A stretch of 64,000 nt of DNA from Leucoraja erinacea (taxonomy: Eukaryota): contig NC_073384.1 of assembly GCF_028641065.1 (NCBI RefSeq), forward strand, positions 49,662,001 to 49,726,000. The letters run 5' to 3'. Shown here one piece after another: positions 11,587 to 25,884 of the stretch. A model generated the notes under the pieces. That model made no database searches. It was given only the letters and a program-made list of their open reading frames with translations, and was not told where the DNA came from. How positions within the stretch are numbered: position 1 is the stretch's first letter; every line of letters begins with the position of its first letter. The position numbers and the translations under genes were made by a program.

Positions 11587-12784
11587 ATCCTTTTCTTCAT
11601 GGTATGCGAAACACATTAATTTCTAAATTTAAACAATCAAATATTTTCCAAAAGATTTTTGTATTTAAGAAACAAATCGTTCAATAATAATTCAAACATA
11701 AGAATGGCTTCAAAATCTGATGACTCTTGCACGCGATCTCAGTGGACTATTTCCATACACTTTGTACTAATCGTGCAAAGATTGGTATCTTTGACACAAT
11801 CAAAGATACCTAAGATTGTGCTTGCGTTTGGCAATACTTTACTGAACTGTATGCAAAAAAGGAATGTCACTGTACATCTGTACATGGTAATAAAGAACCA
11901 CTGACTATTGAGACATTTCAGAAGATGAAAATCTGAAATAGAGACAAAAATACACAGTAAATCCGGCAGCATCAGTGAAAGGACAAATTATGTTATCATT
12001 TCAGATAATTGGCCTTTCATCATTTACCAGCATGGAAGAAAACCTACGATAAATAACTCTTTATGGCACTGAAATTCTTTCATCAATTCACATGTAAAGT
12101 CATCAAGCTGAAACAACTCTCTTTTTCACTCCATAGTGCTCCATGACACTAAGTATTTCTATTCATTTGCTTTTACAAAAGATTATGCAGTCTTTTTCAC
12201 CCCAAAAGACACGACAAACTGATAATTGCATTGAACTATTAACGATTCGGCAAGAATGGCAGGAGTGTGGTAAATAAAGCTAATTAATTTGGCTTCTTCA
12301 ATTTCTACGTCATATTGAAGGGTACGTAAAGGAAGGTCATTAAACATGCACATATCCATCACTTACTGAAATAAATGCTTCACATAGCCAGCTTTGGATA
12401 AAGAGTTTAGCCTCAAAGATGGATGATTTAATAAGGAAGGTTTACTATTGAGAAACTCAGAGGTCAGTTTACTAGCTTGCATGAATGAAAACCACACTAT
12501 GAAGAATGTTTGTTATATGGCAGTTGACAATTGAACAAATTACATTTTCTGCACAGTGACTTTGTCCTCTCTTGTTTCTGACCCAGTGATGTAAGTGCGA
12601 GATATTACCAATTGACTAGCATTGGACAGATGCATTATGCTCAAGTTAAGCACAAGAATTTGTCCATTAGTTTTGTTGGCATTTTTAAACAATTTCCTCA
12701 TTTTGTTGTGTACTTCAGTAGAAACTATTTAAAAAAAAAAAAGATTCTGCAGCCATAAATGCAGTCAAGAACTGCCTCGTAAAG

Positions 12785-13082
12785 CTTAGTTTAGAGATAC
12801 AGTGCAGAAACAACCTCTTCGGCCCCCCGAGTCTGTGCCGACCAGGGATTCCTGCACATTAACACTATCCTTCACACACTAGGGACAATTTATATTTATA
12901 CCAAGCCAATTAACGTACAAACCTGCACGTCTTTGGAGTGTGGTAGGAAACTGAAGATCTCGGAGAAAACCTACGCAGTCACAGGGAGAACATACAAACT
13001 CCGTACAGACAGCACCCGTGGTCAGCATTGAACCCGGGTCTCTGGCTCTATAAGACAGTAGCTCTACCACTATGCCGCCGTG
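12785..13082 (-). mobile_element. HE1-like tRNA-derived SINE
   Basis: A/B boxes, V-domain and (taaac)-type tail. Confidence 0.8.
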
Positions 13083-14993
13083 ATACAAAGAAAGATACAT
13101 GCCCATTCACTCTCTTCTCATTGCCAAATCGCACAAATGTCCTACCAGGAGTGTGACAGTGACTAATGTTTCTCTCCATGTCACCAGAAGATTCCTTACC
13201 CTGGCCATAAATAGCAGTGCCAATGAGAGGCAACATACTCAAACGCATTTCATTCCCATCCAGAATATCACCAGTGGAATAAACAATACAGGTTACCATG
13301 CAGCACTCTTTCTGTTCATTCATTTTACATAGATTCACTGTGAAAGACTATGAAATATAAAAGCACCACATCCATCTAAGTGAGCTGAACATTTACTATC
13401 ATTCACATATCTGGAAACATATTTATAAAATTAGATTTCCAGACAAAATAGAAGTAATTGGTGGAAGAAGTGGAATGAAAAAGTACTGTCAATGGTTTAT
13501 TAGATCTGTTTCCGTTAAGTTACTAATAAAATATCAACTATAACTAAAACAATATATAGAGGTGATCCAATACCATCATTAACATTCAGAGTTATGAGAG
13601 AATCCCGTGAAACATACTTTGTTTTAAATAGTTCTATTCCATACAAAAGTAACCTGAACAAAAATGATGGAGTTGATGAAATCGATGGGAATTGGATGTA
13701 TAAATATAAATTGTGCTATCTATTCCATTGTGGGCAATAGTGGAAAATGAAACCAAAGATTTCAAGCCTCTATAAGCAGATACAATTTATTGAGCAACTG
13801 ATGTTCAGATCTTCCAACTATTAGTTCACTGATGGGAGACATTGCACAGAAGGTGGATATACCACATTCCCTGCCTCTAACAGACATATACACAATATCA
13901 TAGAATAATTACAGCCCCTTCAACTCTGAAAACAAAAGCAAAACATGATCCAAAACACCACCTATCCATATCTCCAGAAATGCTTTCTAACCTGCTGTAT
14001 TACTCCAGTCTTTGTGTCTTTCCCTGGTCATCATGTCCTTCTCCATAGTAAAAGTAGTGGAAAAATATTAATTGAGAATGAATCCACCCATCCTTGTCCA
14101 CCTCCTGAATTTCAACATGTAAATGACCATCTTAGTTTCTAGGGTCCAATTCTCTCTCCAATAGCTTATTTCCTTTAATATACTTATGATTTACAAGTCA
14201 TATTTTACCATCATGGGTATTTTCCACAAGCTCTACTCATCTACACAAAATGTATTCCACTAACTTATGTGAAATGGAAGACACTATGAAAAACCCAAGT
14301 CAATTAGGAGATAAAATAGGAAATAAAATTCACGCAGTCCTGTCCAAACCCCTCTGATAATCGTTAAGTTAGTCTGGCTTTAATGACTCAGTATCTACAG
14401 TCTGTACAAGCTGATCTTTGCTTAATGCAGAAACTTAAATTCTATCCAAACCTCTTGCCTTGGGAGTTCTCTTGTCCAGTTTCATAAATGAAGTTTTATG
14501 TAAACTTATCACATTGTACTTCTGCTCTTCCTTGCTCCACTTCAGTCTCCAGTCATCCCACCTCCATCACAACTAATGTCATGGTAGCAACTTGATTTGT
14601 TGGTTTGAACTGCAACAATAACTTGCATTTAGTACAACGTAATTAAAGCACCATAGCAGAGTTAACAAATATAATGCTTTTTCATTGGGCCGCAAAACAA
14701 CATTTAGAGAGATAAGCAGAAAGCTTGGTTAAAGGAGTAGGTTTAGGCATAAGATTTACACGCTCATGTTTAGTACAAGAGGTAATGAGGCTCAGTTGGG
14801 AATGACAGAAGCTCCAGAAATAAACTCCTGTGGCTGAAATTGGGTCTATGTCACTGGCTTTTAAAATTTTTCATATTACTAAATCAAGTTTAAATGAATT
14901 TTAAAGATAATGCATGGTTATAAGAAGAGTTCTGAAAATAAGGACGTTGTTCAAGGCTAAAATTAGACCGCAATTAGTAGATTTGCTACAATG

Positions 14994-15300
14994 GGGCGGC
15001 ATGGTGGCGCAGCGGTAAAATTGCTGCCTTACAGCAAATGCAGCGCTGGAGACCCGGGTTCGATCCCGACTACGGTTGCTGTCTGTACGGAGTTTGTACG
15101 TTCTCCCCGTGGGTTTTCCCTGAGATCTTCAGTTTCCTCCCACACGACAAAGATATACAAGTATGTAGGTTGATTGGCTTGGTAAATGTAAAAATTGTCC
15201 TTAGTGGGTGTAGGATAGTGTTAATATGCGGGGATCACAGGTCAGTGTAGACCCGGTGGGCTGAAGGGCCTGTTTCTGGCTCTAAAGTAAACTAAACTAC
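14994..15300 (+). mobile_element. HE1-like tRNA-derived SINE
   Basis: A box tggcgcagcgg, B box gttcgatcc, V-domain and tail gaagggcctgtttc...taaactaaac. Confidence 0.85.
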
Positions 15301-15600
15301 AGAATCACATAAGGGCAATGGAAAAGAGGCGATATTGACAAGCAGTAGCAGTTACTATTATCCATGTCTCTACAACAACAATAAAATCACTTACTTGTAA
15401 AGGCATGGTGCACCAAAGTTAAGCTTTGTGTTTTCTGTAACTTTTGGAACTCCTACATTAGGTAAGGTGTACCATGTTTTACTAATGTGATTTTTAAGAA
15501 ACATTTAGACATGTACATGGATAGGACAGGTTTAGAGGAATATGGCAAACACAAGCATGGATGACTAGTGTAGATGGGTATAATGGCCGGTTTGGGCATT

Positions 15601-16574
15601 ACTAATAATAATAATAATACATTTTATTTGCGGGCGCCTTTCAAAGTCTCAAGGACACCTTACAGAAAATTAACAAGAGAGAAAAAACATATAGTCGGAG
15701 TAAAATAAATAATAAGGACATCACCAATACACAAATTAAAGACAGAATTCGCTCCAAAGACAAAAAATCAAAAACACAATGTGAAGAGAGAGCAGCGGCA
15801 GCTAAACCGCGCTAGCGTCCACTCTCCCTTCCGACAGCCATCTTGGACACAAACTAACATATTCACATTACACACAAAAAAAAATCATCCCCCCACAATG
15901 GTTACCACTGTGGGGGAAGGCACAATGTCCAGTCCCCACCCCCAGTTCTCCCAAAGTCAGGCCTATTGAGGCCTCCGCTGTTGCCTCTACGGAGGCCCGA
16001 TGTTCCTGGCCGTTCTGGCCGGGTGCTGTTGCCCCGGCGTCGGGAGAGTCCTCTCAGCGGCTGGGCCACTGGAACAGCCGCTTCCTAACTGGGGACCGCG
16101 GCTTCCGAAGCCGACAAGGCCGCGCCCGTTTGGAGCTCCCAGGCTCCCGATGTTAAAGTCGGCGCTGCCCGCTCCGCTCCGCAGACCCGCAGCCCGGAGG
16201 TGTTGATCTCGGCGGTCACAGCTCACCGGAGCTCCAGCGCGTCGATCCAGCGCGGCGACCCAGGCAAGGCATCGCCCGCTCCGCTCCAGCGCTGTGCCAC
16301 CACCGAAGCCGAGGTGCTGGGCGGTCCCCGCCAGGAAACGGCGCTCCACGCCCGCTGGTAGGCCACGAGGACGGGTCGACGGGCAGCCCGGAGAAAAAGC
16401 TGCCTCACCGACCAGGTAGGGACCTAGAAATATTATTACCCCCTACCCCCCACATTAAAAAGACTATCTCTCCCACAAACAGGGCACAGGACTAACTAAA
16501 ACTGCAAAAAAAAAGTGAATTAAATGGACGGCTGCTGGTTAGCAGCCGTTCCCCAAGATGCATCCTGGTTACCC
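15601..16574 (-). mobile_element. GC-rich non-coding retroposon with an L2-type 3' tail, inserted in a CR1 tail fragment
   Basis: Minus-strand 3' end gtaaggtgtccttgag...aaaggcgccc...aaataaaatg(tat)n. 6-bp TSD ggcatt at 15595-15600 and 16575-16580. Confidence 0.65.
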
Positions 16575-19500
16575 GGCATTGACCAGAAGGGCCTGTTTCC
16601 TTGCTCCATGACTATGATTGCACAATTGAAAATCATATGAAAATGGTCTTATAGTTGCACTCACACTTAAGTCTTTAATGGCCAAATAATGGATTGTAAT
16701 GTCCTGCTGGGATTCAAGAAACAGAGGACATGGGTTTAAGGTGAGAGGGGCAAGAGGGTGGTGGGTATATAGAATAAGCTGCCGGAGGAGGTGGATGAGG
16801 CAGCTACTATAACAGCATTTTAAACACACTTGGTAGGAACATGAATAGGAAAGGTTTAGAGAGATATGGGGTAAATGCAGGTAAATGGGATTAGCTTGGA
16901 TGGGATTAGTTTGTTTCCTTGCTATGTGACTATAATTCTGTATTAAAGCAATGGGAGGAGAGGCTTGAACGCTGTGCATATAACATCTACAGAACATTCT
17001 ATCCAAACGAATATCTGTTTCTCTTAATGAAAGAAGAATTTCACATCAACCAGCTTCACCTTCCATGAGACTCAGTGCAAAAGGTCACAAACAAGAGAAA
17101 AAACAAGTTCAGAGCACAGAACAGGAGCACGGAGGCTGACCGAGGTACGATGCGTTCATGGGCCGACGTTAAGGCATCGGAGAGGTTGAGTCAGCGGAGT
17201 GGGCTTCTGGAGGCCTTGAAGCAGCCTGGGGCTCCATAAGATTGGGCACCTTTCTAAGCGGCTGCACATGTAGAACAGACGCGGCCTCCAGCGGCATGGA
17301 GTTGCGGAGCAGCTGTACAGGACATCGACACATCGCCTGGCCAGGATCACCCTGTAGCACCGACACAGTGCTGCCGCCAGGATAATGGGGCTTTATGGCC
17401 ATGTTCAGACTCCAACATGTACAAAAACATTTCAGACTTGACGGGTACAGATGGCACCTTAAACATGAGTACTGACTGAGTGTGGTCTACTATCTTACAC
17501 TCTTACACTTAGTATGAATGTGCCTAATATAAAGTAGGCATGTCACCAAACTGTATGCAAAAGAATAATTTCACTGTACTTAGTTACACGTGACAATAAC
17601 GTACCATTGAACCATATAATACATTAAGAGTGAATCATTTTGAATTGTTAAGGAATCCACTGTACACGAGATCCAAGTTAACAGATGGATTCAGAATCTC
17701 GACTGGAAAACATTCACAGCAGATGTGCATAACCAATTAAGTTCATGCTTTATTATAGTATTTAGTATAATTCCTGGACTAAAAACATTAATTTAAAAGC
17801 AATTTTAAAACTGGCAGGTTTAGAGGAACATGACAAACTCTACAAAATAATTGATATAACTTTCTAAATATCCATAAAATTATACAATTCATCTTAAAGA
17901 ATTAGAAACAAATCACAGTTCTTATGGTGCTTTGTAAATGAACATGCAGTGCTAACTGCTAACAGTTGCTCCTATGTGAAATGACAAACAGCCCCATTAA
18001 TGGTCTGGCTGTGAATGGTTTGAAGTGAGCTTTAAGTCATGGGAAGAGCTGTACTTACTGTGGAAAGGTGTTCAGTTGCTTCAGCACTGAAATGAGATAA
18101 GCATTCAAACATTTAAAAAAAATGGTTTCACAAACAAACACTTAAGTTGCTGACTCTTCAGGAGAACGTTGTGGCTAAGGTGGGTGGCTCCTGGAGGAGG
18201 GTGAAGGAATTGCTACAATTAATTTAGCCACGACTGCTGCCTTTGATTCGGTCGCCACATCAAATTCATGCCGCTGCTCATTAACATGATGGACACCGCT
18301 GACGGAGCAGTTTATAGGCTTAGTGCCATCGCACATTGGCAAGTATCACCTCAAGCCAAGCTGAACATCATAAAAGGGAAGGACATTTGTTTGCAGTGTG
18401 TGTCCTTGTGACCGCGTGGGTTTTCTTCGAGATCTTCGGTTTCTTCCCACACTCCAAAGACGTACAGATTTGTAGGTTAATTGGCTTGGTGTATGTGTAA
18501 ATTGTCTCTATTGTGTGTAGGATAGTGTTAATGTGCGGGGATCACTGGTCAGTGCCGACTCGCTGGGCCGAAGAGCCCGTTTCCACACGTTATCTCTAAA
18601 ACTAAAACTCAGAGTCAAGAATATATAATTGTCATATACTGGAGCTTCGATCGCTCCGACAGATGGATCAACTGACCCGACCGCGGGAGAAAAATGAGGG
18701 AAGAAGATTAGACTTTATTGCCTTCCATCACAGTATAGCTTTGATAATTCGCATATCACTGTACCTTAATTGGTGCACGTGACAATAAAAGACCTTTGAT
18801 CTTTTTCAACCCCACATTTATAGCTCAATTGCCTTATTGCTAGATTTGGTTGTCTATATGTACAATAGGAATGCATATTCTGCTTTGTTCTGCATCTGAT
18901 TGTAGGATGCTAAGCTTGGTCGTGCTTGGCAGAAAGAATAAATCAATACTCAGATTGCAGGGAGTTTTACCTGGAGCTATTGGTGCCCACTAAATGTTTT
19001 ATGGAATTAAGTTCTTGTTTTACTCTTGTGTATTTGTAGATTGTACTATTCCAATGCACTTCCCCACTTCCCTTGTTCAGGCCTTTGCACTTCCCAAAAC
19101 CTAGTTGCCCAAGTCCTAACATGCACCTGGTCCCATTCATACATCAGCCCTCTGCTCACTGACATATATCTGTCCGCGGTAAGATTGTACTGCTGTATTG
19201 TCCAAAGTGGCCAATAGAGGCTAAGTAGCCATGCCTTCAACTGCCAAGGCCTAAACTGTGGAATTCACATCCTAAACCACAAAATTTCCCTTTTGATGTT
19301 TCCCTTTAAGATGTTTCTTAAAACCTATTTATTTTTTATTAGAAATGCCATTGTAACAGATCTTCTGGCAAAGATTGATCATAACAGGTGTAAGTAAATT
19401 ACACACTTGCGTAAATAAACCATTTGCAAAGATGTGAGGAATCAGTTGGCTAAGCAATATTTTGAAATTATATAGAAAAGTTTGACTTGAGATAAATAAT

Positions 19501-21057
19501 AGCAAGCGGTTAAAGAAATACTTGGTGATTTTCGTGAAGGTACGTCCCATGAAAAAATACAAATGTCATAGGAAATATGTTACATGCATAACTAAGGTTA
19601 TGGATAGTATTCAATTAAACACGAGAAATATAATGCATAAAGATTAAGGAGTAGTGGAGGCCAAAAAGTGAAAGAGAAAGAGAAATATATTCATCTACAA
19701 AATATATCACACGCTCTTCTAAATACAGAACTTTAATGAGTGTTAAGTTAATGTGAGTCCTTTGTAGACAAAAAGGGGGAATTAAAAAAGTATCAGAAAA
19801 AAGCTGAGACATAAACAAATCTGTATCTTGTAATTATCTTGTATCCTCCTTCTAAATTTAAGACATAGCAGTGAAAGAGCCAAATTAGAGTTAACGTTTT
19901 GTTAAATAATTACCTAAGAAAAGGCACAAGATAAGTAAGCCAATTGCATTCAACATCTTAGATCTTTCTCTTCTGAAAGAGTTGACTACAGAGAAAGTGG
20001 ATGTATTAATAGTGACCTTTAAATCTTCCTATTTATTTTAAATATTAATACACAGAATTGGGAGTAACCCAGGAAGTAATTTGGTGAGAATTTCCTGCAT
20101 TACTCTTTGACAAATATTTCCTTTTTCATTTACGGAGACTAAATCTACAGTGTGCTTAATGTGATTCTCGCCAAGGCCCTCCCTTATGTACTTAGAGATC
20201 TTCAGTCTTGTTGAAACAAATAACTGCAGATGCTGGATTAATACATAAAAGGACACAAAGTGCTGGAATAAATCAGCAGGTCGGGCAGCATCTCTGGAGA
20301 ACATGGATAGGCGCCATTTCAAGTTGAGACCCTTCCTCAGAGTGATTGTGGGGGGATGGGAGGAGGAGAAGAAAGCTGGAAAAGGAAAGAGGCAGGGCTT
20401 GTAGAGAAGTTTATTAACAGTATAGACAAAAAATGCTGGAGTAACTCAGTGGGTCAGAGAGCATCTCTGGAGAGAAGGAATGGGTGACATTTCACATTGA
20501 GCCCGTTCTTCAGATTAGTCAGGGGAAAGGGAAATGAAAGATATAGACAGTGATGTTGAGAGATATGGAACAAATGAATGAAAGATATGCAAAAAAGTAA
20601 CGATAATATAGGAATCAGGCCATTGACAGACAGTCTTATTACAAAGGTCAACATACCATTCACATTTGTACTGTCTGCTACAACTCCATGTTAGTTTTCA
20701 GTAACATAAACAAGAACACCAAGATCCCTTTGAATATCAATATTTTCCAATCATGCATCTCTCAAAAAATAATTAAAAATGTATTTTTCTCTTGCCAAGT
20801 TTTTTTTCATGTTGGACTCCATTGCTTTGTTGACAGCCACTTATTTATCTTGATATATCCTCTTCAAGCCTCTTTGCATCATCAAAACCATTCATCTCCC
20901 CAATACCAAGGACAAATTTGGGAAGGGTACTATTGGATTTCAGGGCCAAACCATCTCTATAGACTTGATCAATCTGAAGAAGTGTCTCAACCTGAAACGT
21001 CATCCATTCCTTCTCTCCAGAGATGCTACCTGTTCCGTTGAGTTACTCCAACATTTT

Positions 21058-22027
21058 GTGTGCTCAGCCCCCTGCTGTACTCACTCTATACTCATGACTG
21101 CGTAGCCTGTCACAGTGCGAACTCCATCATCAAGTTCGCTGATGACACCACTGTTGTGGGACGTATCACTGATGGGGATGAGTCAGAGTATAAAAGAGAG
21201 ATCGAGCAACTGGCCATATGCTGCCAGCGCAATAACCTGGCCCTCAACACCAGCAAAACCAAGGAACTGATTGTGGACTTTGGAAGGAGTAGGAGGGGGA
21301 CCCACAGCCCCATTTATATCAACGGGTCAGTGGTTGAAAGGGTCAAGAGCTCCAAATTCCTGGGCGTGCACATCTCTGAAGATCTTTCCTGGTCCGAGAA
21401 CACTAATGCAATTATCAAGAAAGCTCATCAGCGCCTCTACTTCCTGAGAAGATTACGGAGAGTCGGTTTGTCAAGGATGACTCTCTCTAACTTCTACAGG
21501 TGCATAGTCGAGAGCATGCTGAACGGTTGCATCGTGGCTTGGTTCGGCAATCTGAGCGCCCTGGAGAGGAAAAGACTACAAAAAGTAGTAAACACTGCCC
21601 AGTCCATCATCGGCTCTGACCTTCCTTCCATCGAGGGGATTTATCGCAGTTGCTGCCTCAAAAAGGCAGGCAGTATCATCAAAGACCCACACCATCCTGC
21701 CCACACACTCATCTCCCTGCTACCTTCAGGTAGAAGGTACAGGAGCCTGAAGACTGCAACAACCAGGTTCGGGAAATAGCTACTTCCCCACAGCCATCAG
21801 GCTATTAAACCTGGCTTGGACAAAACTCTGATTATTAATAACCCATTATCTGTTATTTGCACTTTATCAGTTTATTTATTCATGTGTGTATATATTTATA
21901 TTATGGTATATGGACACACTTATCTGTTTTGTAGTAAATCCCTACTATGTTCTGTGTGCTGAAGCAAAGCAAGAATTTCATTGTCCTATACAGGGACACA
22001 TGACAATACACTCACTTGAACTTGAAC
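21058..22027 (+). mobile_element. 5'-truncated Rex1/Babar LINE inserted into a Penelope-derived short repeat
   Basis: [16 protein letters not shown]...KFADDTTVVG...LLPSGRRYRS with an (acttga)n tail. The host repeat resumes at about 22028 (tatctttg...gcatctgcagttcc). Confidence 0.9.
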
Positions 22028-22991
22028 TATCTTTGATTTAAACTAGCATCTGCAGTTCCTTCCTACATGTGAATATCCAGGCTCCAAACACTGACATCCA
22101 TGCTATTTAACTAAACACAGCTTGCCAATAAAGATCAATTTATTCCCACTATTAGTTCTTTTAACTGTTAATCAGATCCAAATCAATACAAGTGTTTACA
22201 TGCAGTTCTGCATTCTCTAACCTTATGTCAGGTTAACAGGCTAGTATTTCCCTCTTTTTTTTCTATAACACGACCTTCAATTTGCCGAAACCATTCCAAA
22301 ATCTATCATGATTTGGAAGTTGATATCTAGAACATCTCCCATCTCCACAGACATCTCCTTCAAAACCCAGGAATGCATATCATCAAGTCTTTCAGATGCG
22401 TTAAAATTGATATCGTTTCTATGTGGCTTTTTAAATAAATCTCATTTGCAACTATTACTCAATATGAGTTTTCATTGATGTATAAGAGGGCCGTATTGTC
22501 AACGTCCGGTTTATGTTCAATTTAGTGGTGTCTGAAATCTGAATCCTGGCTTTGGTTCCAAGGGGTTGGTGAACTCTTTGTTCAGGATATTGTTGTTCCA
22601 TTGAGACATCAACACTATTGCTTGCTATAGCATTAGACTCTCTCCTTTGGCGTGACTGGAATTGTGATCTTGACTTGCCTTCCATTCTGCTGCAGTTCAG
22701 ATGTGACGTGATCAGTGGAGCAGGTGAAGAAGGATACCGTTTGCTCCACCAGGGACGGAGGGGAGGGAGACTGGCTGACTGGCAAACTGGGTGCACGCGG
22801 AGTCGATGTTGGATCGCTGACTCTTGAACAATATGTACGTGACATTCCAACACGGCAACAGCCTAATTCACATACAATGATGACCTAGTTTAGTTTTACT
22901 GGCAGCCACCTTCACTTTAGCCAATACTACGCTGAACAAGGATGAATCAACCCTGATTTAACACTTGCTCTGATATGAATGTGTGGCGAAT

Positions 22992-23350
22992 TGAATGAAT
23001 GAATACGTTTATTGGTCAAATATGTACACATGCAAGGAATTTGCCTTGGTGCTCCGCTCGCAAGTAACAAGACGACATAAAGTAACAATTAAGAATGACA
23101 CATAAAACATTAATAATCAATCAATATAGTTTAAACATGTGAATGAAATAAAATACCAGAGCAAACGGAGGCTACAGATTTTTGGTTATTTAGTAGAGCT
23201 ACTTCTCGTGGAAAAAATTGTGTTTCCTCAGCTGCCACAGGAAGTACATCCTCTGTTGGGCTTTTTTGACTGTGGTGTCGATAGTGGCCCCCCGCATATC
23301 AGGTCCTTGGAGATGATGATTCCAAGGAACTTAAATGACTCCACAAAAGA
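22992..23350 (-). mobile_element. Degenerate Rex1/Babar fragment
   Basis: VESFKFLGIIISKDL remnant and a (gaat)n tail. Confidence 0.6.
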
Positions 23351-24304
23351 TCCACCAACATCAATCCAAGGCTTTGTGCCAGGAATGACTACAGACAGAG
23401 ATCCTTTAATTCTCATTATTACCATGGTGTCTTGAGTCTACCAGGCAGGCCTGGGCTGAGAATCATTGAGCAGGTTATTTTAATGGACAAGTCTCAGACC
23501 AATTTTTGGCCATCAGCTGACTAGTATATTTCGAGATTTTACATGGCCCGTCCACAGTCAAAACCGGTTTTAGTGCGCACACAGTGCCTGCGATCAAATG
23601 ACCCCCACAGTCAAGCCTTTGATCTTATAAAGGAATGGTGAACAGTTCCCACATCATAGAGGAGGGACCACAAACTTAAGCTGTGAAGCACCTAACCGGG
23701 AAACCACCACTGATCTCGGATGGCCAAAGCCAAACCATCCACAGTGCGAGTTTTTGCCCAAGATGTCAAATGGGCTCGTGTTGCAGCACGTCGCTCACAG
23801 AGTATGCCTGCTGCCGGCATGTCTGGGGGAAGATAGGTCTCCTGGAATCCCTCCTGGGTTGGCATACCGAGGGCTGCTAGTGTAGAACTTTTGCTGTTCT
23901 GTGCTAATCGGAAGACTTGTCAATCTCTCGGTGCCTGGGTTTTGGATTCTCAGCCGGCCGATTTTACCATCTCATTTGTCAGGCGAGACGTTTCCAGCGG
24001 GGACTTACAAGGGGGTGCGGCTAGCTGCATGCTTGAAACCAAGATACAGCAGCTAATGTGGTCAGCATCCGATGTTGACAGCCATGCAATTACGGCCTGA
24101 GATGTCCGACAAGATGGCCACACCCTTGCACGGCACGTCACTTAAGGTCCCGTCATTTAAGGACTCATCTTCGACATGCTGAGTAACCGCATCCACTCCA
24201 GCCAGAGAGTGACCACCGCTTGAGTAACTATGATGCATCTCTCAACGTTTTAAGAGAGTCATAGTTATTCCCACTAACTGTACGTGTTCCCAATCTAGTC
24301 TCCT

Positions 24305-24605
24305 CTTTAGACTTTAGTAATACAGTGCAGAAAGAGGCCCATCGGCCCACCAATTCCGTGCCAACCAGCAATCACCCCGTACGCTAGCATTATACTACAC
24401 ACGAGGGACAATTTACAATTTTACCAAAGTCAATTAACCCACAATTCTGTAGGCCTTTGGAGTGTGGAAGCAAACTGGAACACCCGGAGAAAACCCACGT
24501 GGTCAGAAGGAGAACGTCCAAACTCCGTACAGACAGCACCTATAGTCAGGATCAAATCCGGGTCACTGGCACTGTGAGGCAGCAACACTACTGCTGTGCC
24601 ATTAT
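24305..24605 (-). mobile_element. HE1-like SINE
   Basis: Same head, V-domain and tail as the other copies. Confidence 0.75.
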
Positions 24606-25014
24606 GGCGCCTCTGCATTGGAGAAACCAAATGGTGATTGAGCGATTGGTTTGCCAAACTTCTGCTTTCAGTCTGTAGGGGCAACCATGCACTTCCTCAC
24701 ATCTGCTACTTAAATTTTCTATTCATTTCCCACTCTGACCCTTTAACCTGAGACCTCCTGCACTGCTACAATGAGGCCACACACAAACTTGAGGAACAGC
24801 ACCTCATCTTCCATCTGAGCACGTAAGGCTTTTCTGTTTTACAGATACACGATTGAAACAGCCCTTTCGGCTCACCAAGTCTGGGCCAACCATCGATCAC
24901 CCTTTCATACTAGTTCTATGTTATCTCACTTTCTTATCCACTTCCTGCAATTTCTTCACAGAGGCCAATTAATCTAAAAACCCGCATGTCTTTTGGGATG
25001 TGGGGAGGAGCTTA

Positions 25015-25880
25015 GGTAAGTAAGTAAGTAAGTAAGTTTTATTTATATAACACGTTTTAAGTCAACTTGCATTGACACCAAAGTGCTTTACATAAATTAA
25101 ATAATAAGTTTCCATACAAACCATGGAAAAGGTTAAAAAAATAAAGAAAATGAACACAACACATTTAGAGTTCAACACAAACGTCCCCCCACAGAAGAAT
25201 CAAAAATGTCCACTGTGGGGAAAGGCACCAGAAAGTTAAGTCCTCTTCCTCTGTGAAACACCCGTGGTCGGGGTCCATTTGTGGCCTTGCAGCCAGTCCG
25301 ATGATTTTCAGGGCCCTCTTGCCGTGAAGATGGAACATTGCGTGGAACGTCGGGTGAAACATTCCTCAGCGGCTTGGAAAGTCTGGAGCGGCTGCCTCCT
25401 CCCTGGAGACCGGGGCACTCGTAGTCCTCAGGCCGCGCCAGTTGGAGCTCCGACCCCGGCGAACTCGATCCCAGGCTCCGTGGTGCTCCAAATCCAGCGC
25501 CGCCCGCAGCAGGACGCCCGCAGCCACAGCTCCGCGATGTTGGGAGTCGGCAGCCACAGCGCTCCGGAGCTTACCGCACGGCAACCCGGTAAGGCATCGC
25601 CCGCTCCATGACAGTGTCCCAGCGCTGCGCCGCTGCCGCCGAAGCTGAAGTCCCGGCCGGTCCCGACAGGAAACGGCGCTCCATTCTCGATGGTAGGCCG
25701 CGAGGACGGGGCGAAGAAGCAGCTTGGAGGGATGCTGCCTCTCCAACCAGGTAGGGGACTAAGAATTAAAGTTTCCCCCTTCCCCACCCCCACCCACCAC
25801 ATAAAAGACCTCCACTAACATTTTAGACAGGACTTAAAATTTAAAAAAAGGTGAAGAGCGGACTGCGGGCGAAAATGCGG
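25015..25880 (-). mobile_element. GC-rich non-coding retroposon with an L2-type tail, related to 15601-16574
   Basis: Tail gtaaagcactttggt...tatataaataaa(ctta)n. Shared core aaggcatcgcccgctcc...caggaaacggcgctcca...tggtaggcc.cgaggacggg. Confidence 0.6.
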
Positions 25881-25884
25881 AAAT

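Noticed and set aside
14994-15070. tRNA gene
   Set aside because: The A/B boxes run straight into the SINE body and tail, and there are many diverged copies.
15395-15452. Possible 58-nt MTA exon (taatgtag / gtaagt)
   Set aside because: Modest acceptor, an in-phase TAA when joined after 44517, and no MTA similarity. The flanking exons already join in frame.
23520-24240. Possible Tx1/L1 RT C-terminal remnant on the minus strand
   Set aside because: Composition suggests a TE, but no diagnostic motif could be read with confidence.
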